From positions 274,343-338,342 of the forward strand of contig NW_013657640.1 in NCBI RefSeq assembly GCF_000142905.1: a stretch of 64,000 nucleotides of DNA. Direction: 5' to 3'. The position numbers and the translations under genes were made by a program. The notes beneath the pieces were generated by a model, which saw nothing but the letters and a program-made list of their open reading frames with translations, was not told the DNA's origin and ran no database searches. The stretch's first letter is position 1. The number at the start of each line of letters is the position of its first letter. The stretch comes from Thecamonas trahens ATCC 50062 (taxonomy: Eukaryota > Protista > Apusomonadida). Below are positions 20,202 through 30,400 of this stretch, piece after piece.

Positions 20202-22127
20202 TCACGCTGCAGGTGCGATGACGGCGGCGGCGACGGCGTTGGCGGCAGCGGCGGCAACCCAGCATGATGGCGTGTACACCGAGTGGGCGGCACGGAGCGC
20301 GATGAGATCGGTCGGACAGTACCAGGTCCCGTTGTAGGTCGCCGACGACGGCGCGGCGTCGGTCATGGCAAAGTAGTCGACAAGCGTGCTGGCGGCACGC
20401 TTTGCCTGGATCAGCTCGACAACGGCGGCGTTGGCACGGGCGACGGCTGCCGGCGACCGCCACGCCGCCCAGTTGGCGGCCGATGGCGAGACCGGCGCCG
20501 CCTCTGGGTTATCCCACACCCATCGCCCGGCACGGCGGCCATGCGGATCGGAAATGCGGTGGAGGACACCCGAGCTGTCGGCCTCGGCGAGGCCAATAAA
20601 GCGGCGGACCACGCCTTGCGCTGGGGTGCACGCGCACGAGCTTGGCTCTCTTCCGCGACACACGCATTCGTCCGGGAACGGCGTCTCGGCCGCAGCCTTG
20701 AGTCGGATCCGCGGCGCGAGGACGACAACAAGCTTGCCGCGCCACTCGGAGATGGCGTCGAGGAACGTCGCCAGCTTGTCGACGTCCTGCCCGACATCGA
20801 CGCACACGACAGCAGCGCGGGTCTCGGGCTCCGCAGCCAGCGCGGCGGCCAGTTCGGAAAGCGAGGCCAGCGGGCGAGTGGCCTGCTCGGCAAGCTCGTT
20901 GTAGCCATAGTCGACGAGCTCCGCCGTCGGCAGCACATGTCGCCAGTGGTAGAGGCCCGGGGCGGCCTTGAGCCGCCCGTAGACCTCATCGATCTCACGG
21001 CCGTCGGGCGGAACCAGCCGCGGGGCGTGGAGATCCAATAGGGCACAGACGCCGGCGCCGTCGCCGACCATCGGCACCAGGCGGCCGTCGAGGACAGCCG
21101 AAAGCTCGGCGCTAGACACGTGCTTCCGGCGCGAGCACGCCGGCGAGAACCACGCCATCGTTGCCTCGCCAACCACCTCGTCGTGGCCGAGCATCCGCGG
21201 CGGGAGCCACCATCCCGCGCGCTCGGCCTCGTCACTGCTTCCGGTGCAGTCCGGGAGCGCAGTGAGACTGGTGTACGCGGGCGCCGCCACATGAAGGGCG
21301 CCGAGGATAAAGCCGAACGGCGTATTGAGCGGTGTTGCTCCGTTGGCGCTTACCAGCGTCGCCTCGAGCGCGAACACGCCGCGGACCGGCGGGAGGTAGA
21401 GCACAGCGTCAAAGACTCCGCATTGAGCGGTGCGCTCCTCGATGGAGATCGGCGCAAACCGTGCCGGATACGTAGCCGAGAAGACCATGCCGACCTCAGC
21501 GCCACACGCCGCCGGCTCTCCCTCGCGCGCCTCTAACCGAACCACAAGCGAGATCCGGCCGTGCGGATCAGCCTCCAGCACCTCCCGAGCCCCGTCCACG
21601 CACAGCCTGTACCGCGTCCTGCTGCCATGCTCGCCCGTCGCTTCCGAGCACCCGAGTGTGTGCCAGTTGGCGCCGGGATAGCTCCACGGCCCGCCTCCCG
21701 CATCGTCCGCCAACTTGCCATCTTCCTCGCCAGCTGCCCTCGTGTTTGCCACAAACGCACGCACATCAGCCGCAAAGGACGCCATGCCATCAGTCAGCTC
21801 GGCGTCGGCGACAGGCTCTGCATAAGGCGAAGAGTCCGACAGGACGTTGGCCGCTGCATGGGGCGGCGAACTGTGCGGAGGCGAATTGTGCGATGTTGGC
21901 GTGGGTGTGGGCGTGGGCGTGGGCGTGGGCGTGGGCGCATGACCAGCTCCTGCTCCAGATCCTGTTGTCATGGCGGCCTTTCCGCCAGAGTGTGGCAGCT
22001 CGGACAAGTCGATCTCCCTCTCGCCCAGCATGATTGAGTAGCCAAAGATGAGGACGACCATGGCACCTGCCGCAGCCACCACCCTCCGGTACATGACCTT
22101 CCGATACACCACTCCGTCCTGCCGCAT
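20202..22127 (-). CDS. Type II membrane protein resembling a degenerate PC-esterase/NXPE (SGNH-like) family member
   Basis: N-terminal signal anchor, PT-rich stem, W-F-S-P-A-C, MVGDG at the expected GDS position, NGTWYC at the expected DxxH position. Confidence 0.6.
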   Translation of the reverse strand: MRQDGVVYRKVMYRRVVAAAGAMVVLIFGYSIMLGEREIDLSELPHSGGKAAMTTGSGAGAGHAPTPTPTPTPTPTPTSHNSPPHSSPPHAAANVLSDSSPYAEPVADAELTDGMASFAADVRAFVANTRAAGEEDGKLADDAGGGPWSYPGANWHTLGCSEATGEHGSRTRYRLCVDGAREVLEADPHGRISLVVRLEAREGEPAACGAEVGMVFSATYPARFAPISIEERTAQCGVFDAVLYLPPVRGVFALEATLVSANGATPLNTPFGFILGALHVAAPAYTSLTALPDCTGSSDEAERAGWWLPPRMLGHDEVVGEATMAWFSPACSRRKHVSSAELSAVLDGRLVPMVGDGAGVCALLDLHAPRLVPPDGREIDEVYGRLKAAPGLYHWRHVLPTAELVDYGYNELAEQATRPLASLSELAAALAAEPETRAAVVCVDVGQDVDKLATFLDAISEWRGKLVVVLAPRIRLKAAAETPFPDECVCRGREPSSCACTPAQGVVRRFIGLAEADSSGVLHRISDPHGRRAGRWVWDNPEAAPVSPSAANWAAWRSPAAVARANAAVVELIQAKRAASTLVDYFAMTDAAPSSATYNGTWYCPTDLIALRAAHSVYTPSCWVAAAAANAVAAAVIAPAA

Positions 22128-22721
22128 GCTCGCCCTCCTCGCACCGCGCCTCGACGTAACCCGCAGAGTCGAGTCTGTTCCGCAGGCAAGTCCGTGAGCA
22201 ACCGTGAGCAGCAGCCTGCCGAGGTGATGACAGCCGAGACGTCACCCGTGGCGAATTTCTCGGCAGATGCCACGGCAGACTCTGTCCTCTCCATGCCGCC
22301 TTGCCATCACCACCAAGCCACCCAACCACCCAACCACCCACCCAACCACCCACCCATCCACCTGCCAGCTAACACCACCACCCATCCACATCCTCATACT
22401 GCACTACCGCGCTGCGTCGTTTGTCTCGGCGCGCTCTCCTCCCACCTTTCATTCCTCCACTCCACCCCGGCAAAGACAAAAATATAATAAAAAAGTTACA
22501 CCCCACCTCACCCCCCCCCCCCCCCCCCCCCCCCCCCACTTTACCTAACTGCCCCCCCCCCCCCTTGCCAATCCCGGCTGACAAGCTACGGGCCTCGGCC
22601 AGCCGCGGGCAGATGGCAAGGAGCAAGAGCGGGAGCGGCTGCCCACCCACCCGACCCCAGCCGAGCCCAAGGCCTCCCAGGTGGGCGCGAGGCAAAGCAG
22701 TTGCCAACGGGAGTGGGTGGC

Positions 22722-22824
22722 ATGGGACGGGGGAAGCGCAAGGGCGGTAGGGAGACGTCATCGTCGTCGTCGTCGTCGTCGGCAAGCAGCAGCAGCAACA
22801 GCAGCAGTAGCAGCAGCAGCAGTA

Positions 22825-22855
<31 letters not shown>

Positions 22856-25747
22856 TGTCACAAGGTTGAAGAGGAGGCACAGCAGCAGGAAGGAGAAGAA
22901 AGGCAGGAGGAGGAAGGCAAGGTCAAAGACAAGGTCACAGACACAGTCACGGTCAAGGTCGAGTTCAAGGTCGACGGCCAGAGCTCATGCGAGTGGCGCA
23001 AACAACTTGGACAGTCTTGCGAGCACTCGGTCTTTTTCTGTTGCTTCGTCAAGAGCCTCTGCCGCCAAAAGCAGCCGAAAGGCAGCAAAGGGCGCCAAGG
23101 AGGGCAAGGGTGGGAAGAAGGACAAGAAGAAGTCAAAGGCTTCGGCTGCTGCTGCGCCAACGGCGGCAAACACGACGATGACCACGGCGAGTGAGAGATC
23201 AAGATCTCGTTCGAGGTCAAGGTCGACAAGGCCGTCGGGACGGAGGTCGAGAGCCACACGATCCGGCAAGTCAGGCAAGTCGGGCAAGTCGGGCAAGTCG
23301 GGCAAGTCGCGCACGTCGGGCAAGTCGCGCAAGCCGCATAGGTCGGGACGGCGACGGAGGCGGTCGAGGACTGCGTTCACTGGCTCGGCGTCGGTAGCAC
23401 AGTCACCACCGCCGCGACTCGCGCCGGCTCCGCTGCCGGCTCCGCTGCCGTCAGTGTCATCGTCATCGTCTTCATCGCAGTCGCAGTCGCGGCCGCGGTC
23501 GCAGTCGCGGTCGCGGTCGCGGTCGCAGTCGCGGTCGCAGTCGAGCGGGAGCAGCTCTCACTCGGGGTCGGAAGACAGAGCAACGGCGCCAGTCCTCGAG
23601 TCGTTCTCGGATCTCCCGGAGGAGCTCATTGTCTCGCGGAAGGAGCTCAAGGGCAAAAAGGTGGTCGGCTCAGGCTCGTTCGGCAAGGTATACAAGGCGA
23701 CGTTCCGCGGCAAGCCGGTGGCGTACAAGGTGCCCAAGGGGACCAAGGAGGACCTGGCCGACCTCAAGAAGAGGTCATGCTGGTCACCTTCCTCAACCAC
23801 CGCAACATCATCTCGATCTACGGGGTGGTGCAGGACAAGTCGTCGGTCGGGGTGATCATGGAGTACTGCCCGACCGATCTCGAGGCAGCACAGGCCTCGC
23901 TTGCTCCGCTCGCCATCCTCAAGGTTGCACACGGCATCTGCTCCGGCATGGCCTACCTTCACTCGCTCAGGATCATCCACCGTGATCTCAAGTCGGCCAA
24001 CATCCTGCTCGACGTCGACGGTGACGTCCGCATCATCGATTTTGGCCTCTCGCGCCTCCTTCCCTCGCAGCCCGAGGAGATGACGCTCGGCACCGGCTCG
24101 CCGGACTTTATGGCGCCCGAGATGAAGACTGTCTCGCAGCGGATGCGCGACGCCGAGGCTGTCGAGGCCGCGGCCTCGACAGCCTCGGCCGACGAGACCG
24201 GCGAGACCCGTGGCGCGTCGGCGTCGTCGTCGTACTCACCACCGCCGCCGTCGCCGTCGCCCGACGCGCCGCCGTCGCCGCTCCCGGCATCGGCCTCGCA
24301 CTCCTCCGACGCGCACCCGTCGGAGACCGAGCTCACCCCCGTGCCCGACGAGGCGTCCTCGGGCAAAAAGTCGTGGTTCCGCCGCTGGCGCTCGAACAAG
24401 AGCGCGTCGCCAGAGTCGTCAGCGGCGTCGCCCTCGTTTGCCGCCGCCGATCTCCCGCCCAAGGCCGCCACGCCCGATGCGGTCCGGTCAACCACGTCTT
24501 TTCCTGCGCCGCGCATTGTCCGCTCGGCCACAAACTCGTCGTCGTCGCGCGGCAGCGAGTCAGACGCCGGCGGCGGCGGCACCGCCCGCCGTCGTACCCG
24601 CTCGCGCGCTCGCTCGCTGTCAAAGTCCGGTCGGCCCGGCCGTACCCGCTCGAGGTCGCGGACCTCCAAGGGCAACAGGCTCGCACCGCTGGCGGCGGCG
24701 GCGTCAGGCTCGTCGTCGTCGTCGTCACATGCTGGCAAGGCCAACCATGCGTCGCGATCCCGGAGCCGAAAGGCCAAGCAGCGGCGCCCAAGCCGGACCC
24801 ACAAAGGCAAGCGGGCACGCCGCGGCGTCGGCGGCACCGCCTCGGCTTTGTACCCGGGGCACATGCCGGCGGCGCGCCGTGGACACGGCTCGGTCTCATA
24901 CTCGCGTCCGCGGGCCTCGGTCCGCGACCTCCTCAAGCCATCGACAGGCTACGGCCTTGCGGTCGACGTCTACGCCTTTGGCAAAGTGCTGGAGGAGATG
25001 GCCGCGGCAAACCGGTCGGCGCCGCGGGCGCTGCTCAAGATTGCCGAGCGGTGCCTCAACCCCAAGCCCGAGGCACGCCCCTCGTTTGACCGTCTCGAGC
25101 CCATGCTCCTCGCCCTCATCCACAAGATCTCGCCGGCCAACTCACACCCGTCGTTAGCGTCGGCAGACTCGGGCTCGGGCTCGGGCGACGGTCCGCCGTC
25201 GCTCCGCCTTCGCCCCTCGCGCCTCCAGCCAGGCTCCCGCCGCCGCTCCATGTCGCCCTCGGCCGCCAGACGCCACGTCTCGGCCGCCCGCCGTACCCGG
25301 CAGCTCACCGCCATCTCATCGGCGTCGGAGGAGTCGACCTCGTCGCACGCTGCGGCATCGGGCACAAACTCGGGCGCAAACTCGGGCTCGGACTCAGGCT
25401 CGTCGTCGTCGACCGCCATCTCGCCGCCGCGCCCTCTCCACACCATCCGCAAGAAGCGCGCCGCGACCGCGTCGGCCACCACGCTGGCCTCGGTCTCGCG
25501 ATCAGTCTCATCGCGCCGGCCGGTCCCTTCTCGCCGCCGCTCGCGCTCACGATCCAAAGAAGCGACTCCTCCGCCAGACCACGTAGCGACGCGCACGACC
25601 CGGTCACGCTCGACCGCCCGCCGCCGCTCGCAAATCCGCAAGCGCTCGCGCTCAAAGTCCAAGAACTCGCGCTCGCCCGCCCGCTCGCTCGCCGATCTCG
25701 GCTCCGGCTCGATCACGTCCGACTCGTTTGGTTCGGCCACAGGATAA
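22722..25747 (+). CDS. Tyrosine-kinase-like (TKL) protein kinase with long Ser/Arg-rich regions; apparent frameshift near 23772
   Basis: VGSGSFGKVY...VAYK in ORF 22701..23855. HRDLKSAN, DFG, APE, DVYAFG and RPSF in ORF 23777..25747. Adding one G gives LKK-EVMLV and restores the alphaC Glu. Confidence 0.85.
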
Positions 25748-25766
25748 AGACCATCCACCCACGCCG

Positions 25767-26636
25767 CTATGCTTTTACCTTGGGCAGGATCCGCCTCCGG
25801 GCGTTGATGAAGAAGTTGTCGAGCTGCGTCCGGCTCATTCCGGTCGCTGCGCAGAGTTCGGTCTTCTCGTCCTTGGTCGGGTACGGGTGATGAGCGTGCT
25901 CAAAGAGCCACGCCTTGAGCACAGCCTGCGCCGCCGCATACGCATCGCGATCGTCTTTGTCTCCCCGTGCCCGCTCGCCGCGCCCCAACAGCCGCTGCCG
26001 CTTGGATCGGCACTGCCCGAGCTGATCCAACTCAGCTTTGAGCGCCGCGTCGGCCGCCGAGTGCTTCCGCTTGAGCGCCTTTTGCACCGCCTGCATCCGT
26101 GCCGCCATCGACAGCAGGCCCGGGCTCGACTCACCAGTAGCCGCCATCGCCTCGGCCTCAAAGGTGCTAGTGACAGACATTACTATCCGATGCAGCTTCT
26201 CCAGTTCGGCCGCCTGCACCCGCCGCATGGCCACCAGCCGCCACATCATGTCGTCGCCAAAGGTTCCCGGGAGCAGCTCGTCGAGCTGGCGGACGCCCCG
26301 TCGGGCCAGAAAGGCCGCCACCGCTACTCCTGCCGCCAGCGGGCCCTCGCTCGGCGACTCTGTCCATGGCGCGGTCTGGATGAGCTCCATCAGCTCCACC
26401 AGCAGCTCCATCAACGGGTGACCCGCCAGCTCGCTCGCCCGTCCCGCCTCGTCGCCCAGCGCATCCGCCACCTCGGCGAGCGCTTGATCGGCCACGGGCC
26501 TGGCAGCGGCCGAGCTCGTGTCTCGTCCGGCCCTATCTCTGCTCCCACTCGACATAACCGAGGCATGGAAGCAGTGGCGGCTGTCTGTGGCAAGCTCTGG
26601 TGCGACATGGCGCGCGTGTCGCAGCGATCGCGGCAT
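25767..26636 (-). CDS. TALE homeodomain transcription factor, MEIS/PREP/KNOX (MEINOX)-like
   Basis: Homeodomain VLKAWLFEHAHHPYPTKDEKTELCAATGMSRTQLDNFFINARRRIL (PYP loop, I50). LAGHPLMELLVELME resembles MEIS-A and DDMMWRLVAMRRVQAAELEKLH resembles MEIS-B. Confidence 0.9.
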   Translation of the reverse strand: MPRSLRHARHVAPELATDSRHCFHASVMSSGSRDRAGRDTSSAAARPVADQALAEVADALGDEAGRASELAGHPLMELLVELMELIQTAPWTESPSEGPLAAGVAVAAFLARRGVRQLDELLPGTFGDDMMWRLVAMRRVQAAELEKLHRIVMSVTSTFEAEAMAATGESSPGLLSMAARMQAVQKALKRKHSAADAALKAELDQLGQCRSKRQRLLGRGERARGDKDDRDAYAAAQAVLKAWLFEHAHHPYPTKDEKTELCAATGMSRTQLDNFFINARRRILPKVKA

Positions 26637-26775
26637 GGTCGGTCTGGGCAGAGCCGAGTGGCTGCCCCCCCCCCCCCCCCTCCCCCTCCCCCGGCACCGG
26701 GCTAGGATCAATGGCTGACGGGGAGCCCAGACTCGTCTCCAACGTGTGACGCCCGCCTTCTATGCCGCGATCGCT
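26623..26775. promoter_or_regulatory. Putative bidirectional promoter (26637-26761) bounded by a 14-bp inverted repeat ATGCCGCGATCGCT that forms both start codons
   Basis: The reverse complement of 26623..26636 is identical to 26762..26775; a poly-C tract lies in the spacer. Confidence 0.6.
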
Positions 26776-27490
26776 CCGTCCAACACTTGGGTATCTGCCG
26801 CCGTCACTCGGAAGCGAGGTGTACGCCTGTGCCGGGAACGGGCCGTTTGTGGCGACGCAGACGACGCGCGCGTTCCACGCGCCGTCGACAAGCGAGGTCG
26901 AGTCCGAGCCAGAGGCACCGAGTCCAGCTAGCGGTAGCGAGTCGTCCACTGCCGAGCTGGCCTCGTTCGAGGCTGCGATGGGAAGCATGGTGTTTGCAGC
27001 CGGCAGCTTTGCGGCGCTGAGCGCGGCGGCGGAGGAGAACCACGTGGCGGGCATGATGCTGTACTCGACCCGCGGCGCGTACACCCGCGGCATCGAGGTC
27101 ATCCGCCGGCAGTGCGCCGCGGCTGGGGAAGCGCTTGTGGCGATGGAGTCGACCGCGAATGGCCCGCTTCCTGATGCCCTTGTTTCTGGGTGGCACGACA
27201 GGGTGGCTGGCATCCGGCGCGCAGCGGTGGCGCGGCTGGCGTCCGAGAGCCACGCCGCGCTGGCGCGGCTGGACGTCATGGTCGCAAACGGCACGCTCCC
27301 GCCAAACAAGAAGAAACGAACCAACTTTGACGCGCAAGCCCGCAAAGTACTTCGCGAGTGGCGAGCAGCCCACGGCGATCGGCCTGACGAGTCAGCGCGA
27401 AACGAGCTGGCGCGCGCCTCGGGCCTCAGTGCCAAGCAAGTGGCGACGTGGTTCGCCAACGCGCGGTACCGGGCGAGCGGGCATGGATAG
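26762..27490 (+). CDS. PBX/PBC-like homeodomain transcription factor with a shortened TALE loop
   Basis: Homeodomain KKKRTNFDAQARKVLREW...ESARNELARASGLSAKQVATWFANARYR. Upstream LYSTRGAYTRGIEVIRRQC...GPLP...RLASESHAALARL aligns by eye to the PBC-B domain. Confidence 0.85.
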   Translation: MPRSLRPTLGYLPPSLGSEVYACAGNGPFVATQTTRAFHAPSTSEVESEPEAPSPASGSESSTAELASFEAAMGSMVFAAGSFAALSAAAEENHVAGMMLYSTRGAYTRGIEVIRRQCAAAGEALVAMESTANGPLPDALVSGWHDRVAGIRRAAVARLASESHAALARLDVMVANGTLPPNKKKRTNFDAQARKVLREWRAAHGDRPDESARNELARASGLSAKQVATWFANARYRASGHG

Positions 27491-27499
27491 TAGAGTCGT

Positions 27500-30400
27500 T
27501 TACGGCGCAAGGACGGCGCCCGATGGCAGATCTCTGCGGACCTCGCCGGTAGCGGCGTTCTTATAGTACACAACAGCGCCGGCGCCCTTCTTGATCCATA
27601 CGTTGTCGCTGGGCACTGCCGGAGGTTGCGGGTGGTGGGAAGAGGGCGAGGGTGGGCCGTCCGACGCGGGCGGCCCGGCAAGGGCCTCACGCTTGAGCGG
27701 CGACGCCTCGCGGTCGCCCTCGAGGCGGCCGAGCTCGGCCTGCATGTCCCGGTTCGAGGACTCGAGGTGTGCGACCGAGGCGGCGACGCCGCCGTCACGG
27801 ACGGCCTTGATGGAGGCGTCGAGCCGGTCGCCGACGACCTTGAGCTGCGATTCGCCGTGGAGTGCGAGGGCCTCGGCACGCACGACCGACTGCTCGACGC
27901 CGTCGAGCTCAAGCTCGAGCGAGCGAGCGAGGACCGAGCCCTCGTTAGCCTCTTCGCGCGCGAGCCGGAGCTCGTGCTGCAGGAGCGAGATCTCGCCGAC
28001 GAGCTCGACTCGGTCGGCCTGGAGGGCGGCGACCTGGAGCTCGAGCTGAACAACTTCTTGCGAGCGGCGGTCGAGCTTGTTGTGCAAGTCCGAGACGGTC
28101 TGCGCGTGCTCGCGGAGGGTGGCCGACATGGCAGAGGTCGAGTTGCGGTCGGCATCGGCGACGGCGGCTTCAAGCTTGCGCATGGCGTCGGCAGCGGTGG
28201 CGGCCGCACCCTGAGCAGTCTCCTTGGCGGACAGGGCCTCGGCGAGAGCAGAGCGGAGACGAACAGCATCGTCATCGGCGGCGGCGGCGCGCTTGGCGGC
28301 GGCGGCAGCCGAGGCTTCGGCAGCGTCGGCGCGGGCGGTGGCGGCGGCGGCGGTCCGCTTGGCAGCCTCGAGCTGGACCACCAGCTGCATCTTGTCCTTG
28401 CCCGCGGCGAGGGCGGATGCCTGGGCGGCACGGAACTCGTCGTACGACTCCTGCAGCTTTGTGCGGAGCTCCTTGATTTGCTCGTACTGGTTGTTGATCG
28501 CGTCGGCGCCGGCGCCGGCGCGGCCGGAGCTGGCACCCGGCTGGGTGGCTAGGCCGGCCTTGGCCCGCTTGAGCTGCGAAGTTGCCTCGCGGAGGTTACG
28601 CTCAAGGGCCAGCTTCTCACGGTTGAGGCTCTCGACCGAGGCGCGAAGGGTGGCGGCCTCGTTGCGGGCCTTGTTGAGCATGCCTTCGAGCTCAAAGCGA
28701 TCGTCAGCGACGCGGGCAAGGTCGTCGCGGAGGCGGCCCATGTCGGCGGCCATGAGTTCGCGCTCGTACGAGCCGTGCGAGGTGGTCGAGGCCGAGGCCA
28801 GCGACATGCCGTTGAGCTGCGACCGGAGCGAGGAGGCGACAGACTCCAGCTCGACAATCCGGGCCTTGAGCGCGGAGACCGCCTTGCCGTGCTCTTCCTT
28901 GAGAGCGGCGGCTTCGGCGGGCGAGAGTGAGCCGGGCGGGGCCGAATCACCACGGAAGGTGCCGTCGTCGGCACCTCCGCTCGCCATCCGCCACTCGCGG
29001 AGCGACGCCGGCGGGCCGTCAAGACCGCCGGCGCCGGCCTTGCGGGCGACGGTGGCGTACTTTTGCAGCTGACGGACCTCGTCCTGCAGCGCCTCAACCT
29101 CAATCGACTTGGAGCGGATCTGGGCCCGGAGGGTGTGGACAAGGTTGACGAGGCGTGCGCGAGCGGCGTCCGACTCGTTGCCGGCCGGTTCAGACTCGCC
29201 CACCAGGACGTCGGCGAGCGCATCGGTGGCCTCTGTCACCTCGTTACGGGTGAGTGTCAGGTCCTTAGCGAGTTGGCGGATGCGGAGGCGGAGGGCCGCG
29301 TTCTCGGAGCGCAGCGCCTGGAGCGAGGCGACCGAGTCGCCGCCGACCGGCGCCTCGTCGGCAAGCTCCTCCGGGTTTTCGATGCCAGTGGCAGCCTCGA
29401 GGACACGGAGCTTGGCGGAGAGCTCGTCGACGGCGTCGTAGAGTCGGCGATTCTCCTCGCGGAGCGCGACGTTGACGACCTGGAGCTCGCCGTGGAGCGA
29501 GGCCTGCGAGATGACGCGGGCGGTCTGTGAGTCGAGGTTGGCCTGCAACTCGTCGCGCTCGGCGCGCTGGCGAGTCACATCCTTGGACAGCTCGTGGCGG
29601 AGGTAGTCGTTTTGGGTGACGAGGTTGTCGACGCGCGCAGCAAGAGCCTCGTTGGCGAGCGCGGCACGCTGCAGCTCGTCAGACGCGTCCTCGGCGGCCG
29701 AGACAGCGGCAAAGAGCCTGCCGTTCTCCTCGACCAGCCGCTCCAACTGCGGCTCGATCGATTTGGCGTGGGCAACCAAGGCGGCATTGGTCTCGGCCGC
29801 AGCACGGAGCTTGGCCTCGGACGCGGCGGTCTCCTCGAGCGAGGCCGAGAGCTCGGCAACCAGCGCCTTGGCCGACTCGAGTTCGGCTGCTGACTTGGTC
29901 GCGGCGTCCTTGAACGGTGCGAGCTCATCGAGCTGCTCGCGGAGCGAGGATGCGGCGGCTTCGGCGGTATCGGCCCGCCCGTCGGCCTTGGCCACCCGCC
30001 GCTCGAGCGCGGCGACTCGCGCCGAGAGCTCGGCATTGTCGTCGAGGGCGGCGCGGAGCGAGGCGTTGGCCGAGTCGACGGTCGACTTGGCGGCGTCGAG
30101 CGCAGCCTCGAGTGACTCGACCTTGCCGGTGAGCGCCTGCCGCTGCATCTCGGCTTGGGCCGCCGCCGACTGGGCCGCAAGCTGGGCCTCCTGGACTTGG
30201 GCCATGGCATCGAGCTTGGCCTGTTGGGCGGTGGCAGAGAGGTCAGCAATGCGTGCGCGGGCGGCGTCGGCGTCAGCGACGGCGCGGTCGGCAGACTCGC
30301 GGGCGTCGGCCAGCTGGCGCTCGAGCCGGTCGGCCCGTGCAGCGGTGACCGACGCAGCGTCGGCGGCCTCGCGGCACGACGCAAGCTGGTCGAGGACCTC

